Positions 23,682 to 37,147 of a DNA stretch of 64,000 nt are shown one piece after another. The stretch is from the NCBI GenBank assembly GCA_030141605.1, contig JAQGDQ010000363.1, positions 124,001 to 188,000 on the forward strand, read 5' to 3'. The translations under genes were made by a program, and so were the position numbers. The notes under the pieces are model-generated. The model saw nothing but the letters and a program-made list of their open reading frames with translations, had not been told where the DNA came from and searched no databases. How positions within the stretch are numbered: position 1 is the stretch's first letter; each line of letters begins with the position of its first letter. The DNA is from Tubiluchus corallicola. Its lineage: Eukaryota; Animalia; Priapulida.

Positions 23682-26600
23682 TATTATGTAGAGGAATCTG
23701 ACTTCATTTCGCGTTTAGTTACGAAATACAGCAGCTACCTTTCAAATATTTAGGCGTTGCAAATCTTCTACTGGGCTTGTCCAGGTTTTCCCAGTTAACA
23801 CGAAATTACACAAGCTTCGTAATAGGTCCCAGTGGGCAATGACCCTCACGCGAGTAGCAACGAGCCTTTTTATAAGCTCCATATTAATTTATGTTTTTGT
23901 ACTCGTTATAGTAGTTGAGTTGCTGGTTCTGTACCTCCCAAATGAAAGTTTTTCAGCCTCCTTTGTGGAGAAATTTACAGCCGTTTAATTTATGCAAACT
24001 GTTCGCAAGCATTCAGGGAAATAAATTCTCCTGCTGCTTTTATTGCCGAAGACGCGAGAATTTGTTCCCAATAATAATTCTTGTTTACGAGGCGGCGGCC
24101 ATCTTGCTCCCTTTCATTAACAAATTTCATCTATTCTCCGTAATGCTCAGCGTGCAAGTATTAATTAAATATATAAAGTTTAATTTCCAGTATAATTTAT
24201 TATCGGATGATGTGGCAAATGAGTCTACACCGAGGAAATTTTTAGATATATAGGGATGGATAAGAAGTTAAAAAACAAAGCGTCCACGAAAACGGAAATG
24301 TCACAACAAAACTGCCAATCGATAAAATTTTCATTAATTTACACTTCTCACAGGTAAATGCGCAGCTAAGCCAGGTATGCTGAGTTTTTAAGGCAGTACA
24401 GCAACAACGTTAAAGTCTATGACCTAACCTATTACTAAAGGTTTCCTGAAAAGTTTCGTTAGTGGATAAAAGCGCAGAAAACTCAGAATTTCCAATTGTA
24501 AAAACCACACGAATGCAGAACGATCGTAAATCATGTACATTTCGAAAACAACGCATAATTTACAACTCGTGATAGTTTGCAGTTTCTTTACCTACGGTAG
24601 CCCATACGTGCAAACTATTTTATCTTCAACACTGGGAAACAAAAACTGCCAATGAACAAAATCGCAAAACTGAGAAAGGAGACTTATGTTTCGTCTAACG
24701 TAAGCCTAATGACTAATGCGTTATTTGTCTGTGCAAACCATAGATACAAAATATTAGTCTGGTGGACATAGATCACCTCAGAATGCGAATCACCGGGTTA
24801 CGTACATACTTGCAAAGTATACAAACTTTAGTAACATGTAATGTCCAACGGCCCGGATATGTGAACTAAGAACAGCTTTTACTATTGCATCTGTTTTTTC
24901 CTAAAAAAAAATTAGTGCACGCATTGTTTGCGTCATAATGAGTAAACGAGTGCTAAGTTTTGTAGAACGAGAATAACACCATGGAGAAACGAACCTCTTT
25001 ATAGAGTTACTTCGCAGACGAGTAACTCCAAAACAAGCTCAGATATACCAGATTAAGTAGGTTAATTTGGAAGTGTCACAATTACAAAGAAGTTAGTAAT
25101 TCTCTGGAGAGAAAATTAGGAATTCTATGCTTAAGCGAAAGACAAAAAAATCAGAGTACGTATTTGAACTCACCACTTTTGACTGCATCTACACAAAAAA
25201 TTTCAGTTCACAAACATCGAATAAAAGGGAAATATTGTAATCATGATAATTATACAACATTCTTTAGGAAAACGAGAAAAAATTCCGTGAAATGAAGCTC
25301 ATTTACAGATGTGCAAATCTGCAAGATAGTGTGTAGCCATTGCAGCCAAGTAACCAAAAAAAACTAAAAGGAAGCAGTCGTATAAATACCACAAAATTTG
25401 GTTTAGCGATAATAACATTTTAAATGTAAATTTTACTTTTGTGAAACGACGTTCTTGAAGAAGGTTTGAGTTCATTAGAAGAACATCATTTCACAAAACA
25501 AAAATGTGCTTTTAGAAAGTTATTGTATGTAAAAACAAGTTTTATGACATTTAAGCGAAATATTTGCGATATTTCAAATCTGTTTCGAATAGATTGCTTC
25601 GAGCTCTACGGGTTATACAGCCAATGACAGATAATGGATAATGGTAACAAACTCTCGTCTAACCCATCAGTTTCTGTTTGCAGAAGTGATTTACAAACAG
25701 AGGCCTCGGTTTACACATGTTATGATCAGGTCTTGATCTAACTGAATCTTTTATACAGAGATACGTGACGCTGTCTTCATTAGATCAATGTGAATATGAA
25801 TAACTATCATTATACAGTTCGCGTTCATATAATTAGCAAAATTCTTTATTAAACAATTACTCCTCATGTTCAATATACATATTTACATACACAGTCTTAT
25901 TATATATACAGTCATTTACATTATTATATACATGGTATTTTATGCACTTTAAAATAAAGATATTTAATTTTTTTTAAATAGATATAAATAAAAATATTAT
26001 ATACATAGTCTTTTAAACACTTTAAATAAATAATCTTTACTTAAAGTCGGGTGTGCAATGGAAAAGCATTTCTCAAATAAGCTATTCGTAACAGCAAATA
26101 TACAGGATACTAAACTTTCTGCGAGAAATAGGAAATAAAATCAAGATGTGAAAAATGGGGTGCTCTAAAAATACAAATATTTAATGAAACACAAATAAGA
26201 ACAAAGACAAGACAGTAACAAAAATTGAATAATAGACATATAAAAATTTGAACATCACTTCTGACAATATATTATTGAAATTAATTATCAAAATTAAAAA
26301 AAAACTTAGTTACTAGTATACATATAACTGCGGCTAATAACAATTGTCCGACATTAGAGAAATTCTCCATTTCTAAAATTCAAATGCAATTTTGCTAAAC
26401 AGCTACGCTTTAACAACTCAGACCATTTTTGATTGGTTAATTGTTACTTAATGCATTTAAGGGTTCAGCTGATTAGTTATAAGAGTAATACAGGCGCGCC
26501 ATTGGTCAAAATGCGTTATTGTCTCCTGTACTTAAGCAGCTTAGCTTCTGTACAAGTGTAGTACATTACTGCCGTTTGAACGTGGTCTAAAACATATTTG

Positions 26601-29121
26601 AGTACAATTTTGTGCAAAACATATAACAAACAACACACTCTTTGTGTACACAATTGTCAAATGAAGTACAGATTTAATATTGGACAAAATCAGAGCCAGC
26701 CTATTAAGTGATATTGTATTATAAACGGAAATACGAATGATTATAATAGATTTCTCATTGTAGGAAAGGAAGTCACTTAGCATACTGGATCTACTGCATT
26801 GCTATCAATTGAGCTTAGAAAATTTTGATAAAAACATTTACAAAAAGACTGTCCATGGACCATAAAGTTAATTTATACTGCCGCTGTACATAAATGTTCA
26901 CGAGCGTGGTTGCCGCCATTCAGTTGAAAATTATGACGTAACTGGTGGCTTCGTGACTTTTCGTGAGCGCATTCCAGCTTTTTTAACCCTTGCATGCCTG
27001 TTACAGTAATTCAAACTTCTGCACCTTGTCTAGTATTCATGCAGAAAATAGCTGCCTAATTTTTTGTAAAACTGCTTATACCTCAGTCGCAAATTAACAA
27101 TTCGCTGCTTTTGTTCAGTCGAGGAATGACGTCATTGGTGGAAAATTGGGAGCGCCCAAGTGTGAAATGATAACAACGTTTAAAAAAGTTTGCTATTTAC
27201 ACTTATCCCTCTTTTCAGAAGGCTTAACATTTCCTTTAAAAGTTTATAATTTAATTGATAAAGTTTACGAACACATTATGAATAAGCTTATGGAGAAAAA
27301 GAAAAAAACACGTAGCAATCCGATAAATGTCTGCTGAATTAATTCATAACAAATTCTAGTCTTCTGCAATTCTCTTCGTTGTAGACTACGTATTCATGTG
27401 TGCCAGATTCAAACCCTAATTGTATATTATTTCACTAAAAAATTCCGGAACCTACGTACGAATGAAGTCAAACATTACTCACAGTAAACACATGTATATC
27501 AGAAACAGGAGTCTGTTGAATTAATAAAAATAACAAGTGTTTTTTCTTGCAGGAATAACAAAAATTTACCCCTAGAGGCAACGTTCCCCATTTGCCCCCA
27601 GCCTATTTGTTACACATAGCATGTCATTTTGGATTACAAAGTAGCTCTATAACCAAGTCTGTTTCTCCGTGATGCTATTCCTGTTCTTGTTTTCTTTCTT
27701 CAATAATTTGCTGTTAGTTTTTAATATTGTGACGTCACAACGGAGCTACTCCGTTTTCTAAACTTTTTAAAAACTGGGCAGTGAATTTTGCAGTCCGAAT
27801 GAACAACAATTCCAAAACAATGGCGTTCTAAATGACATTGTGAGCAATTAGGTGGAAAAACTCATTTGTTCGAATACCATGCATGTGTTAAACACCGCCT
27901 CATTTGCTTCCGTAATGAAAACTTAAAGAAAAAAATCATTTCTCAAATGAGCGGAAACCATTCCACGGCAACGGTAACGTCACTCCATTGATTTCCGATT
28001 ACATATTGACTTGATCAAAAGGATTAGAGCTGAGGTTGTTATCTTAACCTGCGAGCTTGAGCAGCTCATGTTTAATCACGTGGTTCTAATTGAAATCTGA
28101 GACTTTACGTACATACAGTGAAGCTGTTGAGGTTGAGAGAGCTGGGCCAAGGAGAGCTATAGAGAGTTGTGTCTTCACGTTGATTTGTAAACTTGATTTC
28201 AGTTTCTTAAAAGGGAAGGAAAAAATGAGTTTTAAGGCATATCTCAAAAATCTTTCCATGCAAAGTTGTATTACTTAGCAGTACGTTTACCTGTTTGAAA
28301 GACATTTGTAATTAGAAAAGAAAATTCTTAATAATTTGAAATATTTGGGCGACTTTGTAAAACTGCATTGTCATTCCTTTGCTCTGTGCATCACTGATTC
28401 ACCAAATATTATTGATCTCCTTGATCATACTAACTAATTTAAATTTTTGCTTAGTTAGCGAAGAGGGTGCTGCGCATGCTCTGAATATTTTCAAAAATTT
28501 TACGCAATGCTATCTGACCTTATTTCAAACGATTCACTATTAAAATAGCAGCGCCTAGAGGTCATCGAGGGAGCTTAAATTTACAAGCTTTATACAGTGT
28601 TACTGTTAAAGTAAGCTCTGTATGCAATAAGACAGCATGTAAGCGATATAAAATTTCAAAACGAATTTTTAGGTTTTATTTATGAAGCGTGTTTTCTTAA
28701 GCTTTAAGTAAGCAAGCAAGTCAGTTTTGAGCATCTCAAATATCTCATGATTCTCAGCTTTTCATTTAATAACTTAACATAATGTAATATAATTGTAATA
28801 TTTAACCACTGTAAATACCGTTTACTATTATTATAATTGCATAACATTTAAGACAAGTTCACGTAGCAATTTTATTTTTTGTCTCAGAAATTGTCTTAAA
28901 ATTTTGTTTTAATCAAATACAATTTCTGCTGCAGGTTTCATTTTTCATGAAACTAGGCTAGTATTTCAAACGAAACTGAATTAAATTGGAACTAAGATTA
29001 CTCTTACAGCAAATGTTTATTAGCTAAAACATTTCTTTTGGAAGAGAGAGAAAAGAGGCTTGTACACGGTGCTAGCAGCTAATACACTTTCCCCTGGTTT
29101 TAATAATCTGATGGCTTTATA

Positions 29122-29130
<9 letters not shown>

Positions 29131-29153
<23 letters not shown>

Positions 29154-29278
29154 CCTTTCTCTTTCTCTCTCTCTCTCTCTGCATTTCTCTCTCTCTCTCT
29201 CTCTCTCTCGCTCCCTTTCTCTTTTTTTCTCTCTCTCTCTCGCTCCCTTTCTCTTTTTTTCTCTCTCTCTCTCTCTGC

Positions 29279-29328
<50 letters not shown>

Positions 29329-29357
29329 CTCTCTCTCCCTCCCCCTCTCTTTTTCTC

Positions 29358-29407
<50 letters not shown>

Positions 29408-29462
29408 CCTCCCCCTCTCTCTTTCTCCCCCCTCTCTCTTTCTCTCTCTCTCTTCCCCCTCC

Positions 29463-29501
<39 letters not shown>
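29131..29501. repeat. (CT)n microsatellite / pyrimidine tract
   Basis: direct reading. Confidence 0.95.
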
Positions 29502-29504
<3 letters not shown>

Positions 29505-30479
29505 AAGAATCCTTTCCCTAAAATAAATGCCTTATTCTGCGAAGACGGAGAATTTTCACTTGAGAATTTTGTTCACTTGGGATGTTTAAATTGTTTCCCG
29601 GAAAGAACATTATAGTTTCGTCACGGCTCTGTTTTGATGCTACGAGTTATTCGCTTGTGACATTAAAGCTACTAACTACCATTTTTATCAGGGTGAAAAT
29701 AAAAGTGGTGTATCTTTTTACAATTTGTTATTTGAAAGTCTAAATGTGGAATTACTCTACCAAACGTCTTGCACTTTTGTGGTCACTGAATAACTGTCTA
29801 CCTCACTCATATACAACAAGCATGAACTAAATTCTATGTATTATAGCAAGTTGTAGGCTTATTAGCTTTACGATAATGACTATAATGTTTAGCTTTTATT
29901 ACGAAACTGTAAAGAACCTGGAATTAAAGAGAAATAAATCATAGCGCTATACTCTGCCATTGATCCTTGTTTATAACAGGCACTTTGCATTCAGGCAGAG
30001 TATATAATAAGCCAATTAATGACACACCTTGAGATGCAATTCGTCTGACTAGAAACATTTTTACATAAAAAAACGGTAAAGGTGTGATTTTTTTCCTTTA
30101 CGCAAAACAAGTTACTAAAGATCATAAAAATTGTTCATTTTGCTGCAATGACTATTGAAAACGTTCACGGCAATAACCAGACATTGCAAAAATTTGATTG
30201 ACAGCTTCAGTTAGAGCTGAATTTCCATGGCACACATCCAACTTCAGTCGGATGAATTGTGCATACTTGACCAAACAGAATTAGATTGTGTGGCAGTGAT
30301 GTAATCATACTGATGAAACATATAGATAGATCTATGCCTATAACGCCAAAATTGCTATAAAGAGATAAATAAGTCAAGTGAAGGTTTTACAAACAATCGG
30401 AAGTTTATACGAGAACAATAACAATAAGTTCCTTCAGGACGTAGTCCATGGATAACTCCCTTTTTCTAAGGAGATCTTG

Positions 30480-30632
30480 ATTATTATTACTCGCATATGA
30501 CTTCGATGAACCTGCGCGCTTGGTCGAAGAACTAGCGGTAAAAAAATTTTAAGTCTTTGGTATGACTCGGGCGGGGAGTTGAACTCGCGACCTCCCGGAT
30601 TTGAAGCGAGCACGTTGCTATTGAGCTATACC
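30480..30632 (-). mobile_element. tRNA-derived SINE
   Basis: A-box TAGCTCAATAG; B-box GAGTTCAACTCC; then CCGAGTCATACCAAAGACTTAAAA; (TAA)n tail. Confidence 0.65.
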
Positions 30633-30944
30633 ATCAGAACAATTACTGTATCATGCTGTAACGTGTAAGCCAAGTCAGTAGCCAATGTCACAATGATGTA
30701 CATGCATTTGTGTTTTTCCATTATTTACTATCAGAACATTTTGATTTTCGAAAAGCGAAACCGTTTGGTGATTTTTGCGCCTCTGACGCTGTTACATCCG
30801 GTCGCAGATCCGCTAAGAAAGTTTATTTTAGTTTTTACTCCGGAGGCCATTGAACTCGATTCTAGTGTCATCAAGAACCTAGTACATTGTTACATTTTAT
30901 TATTGAAAACTTAAATAAGTTACTATAGATTACTATAAACTTAA

Positions 30945-31568
30945 AGGAAGTCGAGATGATTTTTCATATACTACCCCATTTTTAAATCCGACAAAATGTA
31001 TACATTTTAACACAATTAATACTGCAAACGCGGTTCTGATAATTAAATTATAGGTAAAAAAATATGTTAACAAGTATTATATAACATATAATCAACGGTG
31101 AGCGAGCCCATTATTGATGACATCACAAACTAACATGATTTTCAACAGTAAAAATATTCTACGAGCGTGTTGTACGTGTTTGTGAAAGTGAAAATTGAAG
31201 TGCAGTGCCAATTTAAGATATCTAGTGTGTTGTACTAAAACTAGACATGTTTTAAGATAAAAATTCAAATTTCAAATTTACCGCTGTGCGCACGCATGAG
31301 CTGTCGAATGTGTGTAGTTCCTCAGAAACTAACATATTTGAACTAAGAGGTACAGCACATGTTTTTGTGCAATGCGTTTCCGAAATGCAGGCGCTAGTGT
31401 CGTCTAACTAGTGAATGGCGAAGAACCAGTAGCGCGAACGTGAAATTGTATTTGTGTGGTAATAATTCTTTCACATAAGTCATTTTTTAAAAAATAATGT
31501 GTTTTCTTTCAATATTTGAAAGAGTGGATTGTTTTAACCTGCAGGTTAAGATTGGGCGCGGTTTTGCT
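30945..31568. mobile_element. diverged Kolobok-type MITE (related subfamily)
   Basis: starts TTAA+AGGAAG, ends GCT+TTAA; shares CAGAAACTAAC and right subterminal similarity with 7075-7591. Confidence 0.45.
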
Positions 31569-32085
31569 TTAAACTGAAAACTACATTTAAGTTTAAATGA
31601 GGCAAGACTTTAGTTGGCCAGTTTTTTCTATTGCATAATTTCACCATTTTGGGGAATTGTTTCAACCATTCATACAGAACCGCAAGCTTTTGCTATCAGC
31701 AGTTTCTGAGGGACTTTTCAAGTTACTCTAACCAATAAACACACAAACGGCAAAACACATGCTGCTAGTTAAGCCGTAGGATTAGAACGGATTACCAATA
31801 TGAAGCTTATTTCTCTTTAAAACACCGGCTGCTAATACAGCAGTACGTGTCAGTTCAATTCAATTCAATTCTTCTTTATCTCTAAAAGATAGCATGTAAA
31901 ATAAAAGAAATCGCGCATATGAAATGTACACTCTTTATAAGAGGTTTAATAGCAAAAAATACGTATGTAAAGGCTGAGTGTAAAATAGGCCTAAAGTAAA
32001 ACACCGTTATGCCTGCTAAGAAACATTCGCAAATAATAGAATTCCGTCCACAGTAGTAAATCATAGAGAATTATTACTACGAATA

Positions 32086-32818
32086 CATATACAAAATTTC
32101 TTTATATTCAAAAACCTAACCATGTACGTTATTTACTACATGTATTTTGTGAGTCTGAAATATGCACACCGTTGATTACGTTCATACATTATGTAAATAA
32201 ATCTTTGGCCTATTAATAAAAATTCGTTTATAATAAAGCTCAATCCACAGTACTAAATTATAGCCAACACATATACAAAATTTCTTTATATTCAAAACCT
32301 AATGAGGTACGTTATTTACTACATGTATTTTGTGAGTCTGAAATATGCACACCGTTGATTACGTTCATACATTATGTAAATAAATCTTTGGCCTATTAAT
32401 AAAAATTCGTTTATAATAAAGCTCAATCCACAGTACTAAATTATAGCCAACACATATACAAAATTTCTTTATATTCAAAACCTAATGAGGTACGTTATTT
32501 ACTACATGTATTTTGTGAGTCTGAAATATGCACACCGTTGATTACGTTCATACATTATGTAAATAAATCTTTGGCCTATTAATAAAAATTCGTTTATAAT
32601 AAAGCGCCATCCACAGTACTAAATTATAGCCAACACTTATGCAAAATTTCTTTATTTACTACATGTATTTTGTGAGTCTGAGATATGCATACCGTTTATT
32701 GCGTTCATACGTTATGTAAACAAATCTTTTGCCTATTAATAAAAATTCGTTTATAATAAAGCTCCATCCACAGTACTAAATTATAGCCAACACATATGCA
32801 AAATTTCTTTATCTTCGA
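32086..32818. repeat. ~183-bp tandem repeat x4
   Basis: units start 32086, 32270, 32453, 32636 (this unit has a deletion), partial at 32793. Confidence 0.92.
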
Positions 32819-33442
32819 AAGCCCAAAGGCGCAAAATATTAACCGTTTTGTGAGCTCGAGGTATGTATACAATCGATTTCGCCCATACATCATGTAAATA
32901 ATTCGTTAGAGAACTCGTAGAATGGCTATAAAATATCACTTTTACCGTCACATTTCGATACCTGTACGCCCTCTAGGTATAACACTTATTAATCAAAGGG
33001 CCATTATTTATTCTGTTGCCCTTGCAAAGGCGTGAAAAACAGCGAACATTGAAATATTCGTTTTTCTGTCGTGTAATTGTTTGTTCACACTGAACAGGAA
33101 TTTTTAATATCAAGCGTTCAGACATCTTTTATCTTCCTAGTAGAGGGTCCTGCAGTCTACAGATGAGGATAAAAAACAAGGTAGATTTATTAGGATGACT
33201 ACGATACAAACGGCATTAATTTGCTCTTACGTCAAACAAAGAACAAGAAAACGCTTTTCGTACATAAAGCTTATAAATTCGTCTTGAAATTTTGTATCAC
33301 CCACATGCTGTGGCGTCTTATTGCATACAGGGCTTGCGTTAGCAGTATATAATATGATACGAATTAATTTTTGCGTAGACGTTGTAAAATTGTACGCTAG
33401 TAATGTTCATTATTTCCGTAAGAATCAAAATGAATTAGTAAA

Positions 33443-33720
33443 ACAAAAGTATAGTAACTCCGTACAAAAGTACAGTAATTCCGTACAAAAGTACAGTAAT
33501 TCCGTACAAAAGTACAGTAAATCCGTACAAAAGTACAGTAACTCCGTACAAAAGTACAATAATTCCGTACAAAAGTACAGTAACTCCGTACAAAAGTACA
33601 GTAATTCCGTACAAAAGTACAGTAATTCCGTATAAAAGTACAGTAACTCCGTACAAAAGTACAGTAATTCCGTACAAAAGTACAGTAACTCCGTACAAAA
33701 GTACAGTAACTCCGTACAAA
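33443..33720. repeat. 21-bp minisatellite (CCGTACAAAAGTACAGTAAYT) x~13
   Basis: direct reading. Confidence 0.95.
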
Positions 33721-34924
33721 ATTTGTAAATTTAAACTCCCCTCGACGCAGGTATTTTGACGGCAGGTCGTTTGAAACAAATTTAGATAACACCGAGTAAA
33801 GTTTGAAAAAATAATCAGAGCGTTTGTACCACGCTCTTCGATAATTGTGCAAAAATTTTTAATTTGCTTTATATTGTCAATAAGATCAATAATGGTTTTT
33901 TGGTGAATCAGTGATGCACACTGGGATTTCCCAGGTGGGGGTGACATTTAAATCATTAAAAATGTACTTTTTCAATTACACAAGTATTTCAGACAGGCAA
34001 ACGTAATGATAAGTGATAATTATAACTCTGTATGGAAAGTGAAAGTTTTTTGAAATATACTTTTAAATTTCCTCTTCTTTCCCTTTAAACTAGAATAGTT
34101 GTCTACTAAACATAGTTTATTTCGATATATCATAAGTTTATTTTGATTAGTTGGTCGATTATTTTGACACTCAATTGTCTTACAGCTACTAATTGATAAA
34201 TTGACTTTTATATTCCCTGATTGATTGATTCTGTCAGTATTTCGACTGACTGACTACTAGCGAGCCACATGACTGACTAACTAATTGACTCACTGACTAA
34301 CTAGCTGGCTGGCTGGTTGGCTGCCTGACTGATTGACTAACTGAATGACCGACTGATCGACCGACCGACTCCCTGGCTGACTATTGCCAGAAATTCCAAC
34401 TGCTACCGAAAATTTTGTGATCATTTCAATTATCCACCTATCGCCTGCTAAATCGACTTATTGATTAATTGAACGATTTTCTAGCGGGATGCACATGATC
34501 TAGTTTGCTACTATTAGTGTGAAAATGCCAAAACGTCCACCTCCCAAGGAGGACCATCCATTTTTTTCCCATGTAGTTGGCAGATCATTTATCAAAAAAC
34601 GCTTTAAATTACAGGAGATTTGTTTACAGTGTTTTCTCTGGGGTACAGGGCGGCACATTAAAATCAACTCTCTGCGGTACACTGAACACGGTAGTCCTAT
34701 TAAGTAACAATCTCTGTATAAGCTTCACCATATGTGAGGAATGTCACTAATTATTAACAACAGTAGAAGTTCTGATCTCAGATTCTGACTTCTGTAAAGG
34801 ATTGTCAAAGCTGGTCAGAAATTTACTGAACTCTCTTTTCCCTTTTTTCTGGTTCTAAAAATGCGCAGGATACTACCGGTGACCGGAAACAGGAAAAACT
34901 CAAAGAGAAGGGACACAGTTTTGC

Positions 34925-35300
34925 CTAGGAAAAAAGTCACAGTGAAAAAGTCACAATTAATTTGGCTATGGTTAGGATTAGGATTAGGGTTAAGGTCAGG
35001 GTTAAGGTTAGGGGTTAGGATAAAGCTTAGGGTCAAGGTAGGGTTAGGGGTTAGGGTTAGGGGTTAGGGTTAGGGTTAGGATTACGGTTAAAGTCAGTGC
35101 TAAGGTTAGGGTTAGGGTTACGGTTGGGACTAAGATTAGGATTAGGGTTAAGGTCAGGGTCAAGGTTAGGGTTAGGGGTTAGGGTTACGGTCAGGACTAA
35201 GATTAGAGTTAGGGTTAAAGTCAGTGCTAAGGTTAGGGTTAGGCGCAGTGTTATTTCTTTTTTTTCTGTGACCTTTTCACCTGTAACTTTAATATCCTGG
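34925..35300. mobile_element. TIR element carrying an internal degenerate (TTAGGG)n array (34970-35243)
   Basis: left CTAGGAAAAAAGTCACAGTGAAAAAGTCACA is the inverted match of right TGTGACCTTTTCACCTGTAACTTTAATATCCTGG. Confidence 0.6.
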
Positions 35301-35474
35301 ATTCTGTCTACTTACGCTAGTCGAAGCGTGGGGGTAGGACATTAGTCTCGTCTGCGTGCGTGTGTGTGCGCGCGTGCGTTCATGTGAAACAGCTTGAGTA
35401 GATTATCTTGCTTAAATCTATTATAGCAGGGTTAACTATGGTGTAATGCAACCAGTCAAAATAAATTTTCCTCG

Positions 35475-35720
35475 CAAGTAAGTATGTAGGTAGGTTGTGA
35501 GTAAGTATGTAAGTAAGTAAACGAGTAAGCAAGAAAGCAAGCAAGTGAACAAACAAGCAAGTAGGAAGGTAAGTAAGTGAGTGAGTGAATGAGTGAGTGA
35601 GTGAGTGAGTGAGTGAGTGAGTGAGTGAGTGAGTGAGTGAGTGAGTGAGTGAGTGAGTAACTGAGCAAGCAAGCAAGTAAGAAAGTAAGTAAATAATTAA
35701 GTAAGCAAACAAGCAAGTAA
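35475..35720. repeat. (AAGT)/(AAGC)/(GAGT)n microsatellite
   Basis: direct reading. Confidence 0.9.
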
Positions 35721-36302
35721 TGTTTAGTAACTTTCCTGTAAGATTCGGAACAAAACTGAAACACATTTATTGATCTACTAAGGATTTCACTCCTCAAATG
35801 ATTATAGCAGCAGATCATGTCTGGTTTTTATCAAACGTATTTAAAAAAGTTTTTTAGCTTTTGCAACTACTAGACATGCTGAGACATTATGAATTCAAAC
35901 ATCACAGAAAGGTGTAGCATTCAGCGAAGCTTCATGCCATTTTATACAATGTTCACACTGCAAGCCAGAAACCACCATCCAGCCGCATGGCCTGCTATCA
36001 ATGTGGCAGCTCCAGGACATAGTTAATTCTCAAGAATACCTATAATAACCTGAGGCATTGGCCCAGCAGAGCCGTCTGACCGCGCTCAGACCTCAATGAA
36101 TCATACCATGGTCGCCCATTCACCTTTTAACCAGGTTATGGTGCAGCTTTAACTTCACAACAAAGCACACATCATAACCATTTAGTTTTTCCCTGTTTTA
36201 AACACTTCAGTGAGTACAAATACGTCTGCTACTACAACTCAATAATTATCCATAACGGAACAGTCTTGAATTTTGGTCACTTTGTTTACAACGTAAATCT
36301 AT

Positions 36303-37147
36303 TTGCTAACAAGCTTAAGAACGTCCACAAAAATACCAATATTAGAAGCCTATCGAGATTACAAAACACTGATATTTCTTTATAAATATATCAATAAACT
36401 GAGTATCCCATTTTTAAACAATCCCTTAGCATTCATTCCTGATACCACTTTAAACACTAGAACATACAATTTAAAGCAAATTACAGTAAACAATAAATTT
36501 GGAAATAACTCTATATCAAAACAGGCCATATATTTATGGAACTTACTACCAAGTGAAATAAAACAAATAGCATTTATCCACCACTTTAAAAAGAAATTAA
36601 AAGAATATCAATATAACAGGTTTCGTGCATCTGATACTAATTACACAGACTCAACTTTCATCTACCCACGCCCCTGACTCCATAAAACGATTAAAAATGA
36701 GATTTTTTAAAAAAATTACGTAATGTAATACGTGTTATGTTAGTTTTCTTATGTCAAATGTATAAATAGTGTAAATGTAATGAGTGAAATTTGTGTAATG
36801 TAAAGCATGTTTCTGTTAATTGTGTCAAGTCAAATGTATATATAGTGTAAAATATGTCATGTAATATTTAATGTACTTTTGTAATATTGTTTTGTAAAAA
36901 TATTTTAATATGGTGTTTGTAAATATGTTCATTTATTGTATATAATTATGCCTTAGTTTTGCACTTTAGTTTTTTTTAGTATGCACTGGACGCATTTGTG
37001 TTGAACAGTGTTGTTATTTCAACATCACGCTGAGGATTACTCAATTTTACTATAATGAGTGAACCATTTTAATGACAAATAAAGAAATTATATATATATA
37101 TTATATTATTATATATATTATTATTATATATATATATATATTATTAT
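36303..37147 (+). mobile_element. 5'-truncated LINE (L2/Crack/Daphne-like): ORF2 C-terminus plus 3' UTR
   Basis: FGNNSISKQAIYLWNLLPSEIKQIAFIHHFKKKLKEY is the typical ORF2 end; AATAAA at 37078, then (TA)/(TAT) tail. Confidence 0.75.

Noticed and set aside
27647-27745. Minus-strand frame ending ...EKQTWL* (PDZ-like)
   Set aside because: In-frame stop just upstream and no convincing acceptor.
19155-30632. Genuine tRNA genes
   Set aside because: A/B-box-like motifs are present but no intact cloverleaf; interpreted as repeat-derived.
34970-35243. True telomere or chromosome fusion site
   Set aside because: Short, degenerate, single orientation and enclosed by inverted repeats.
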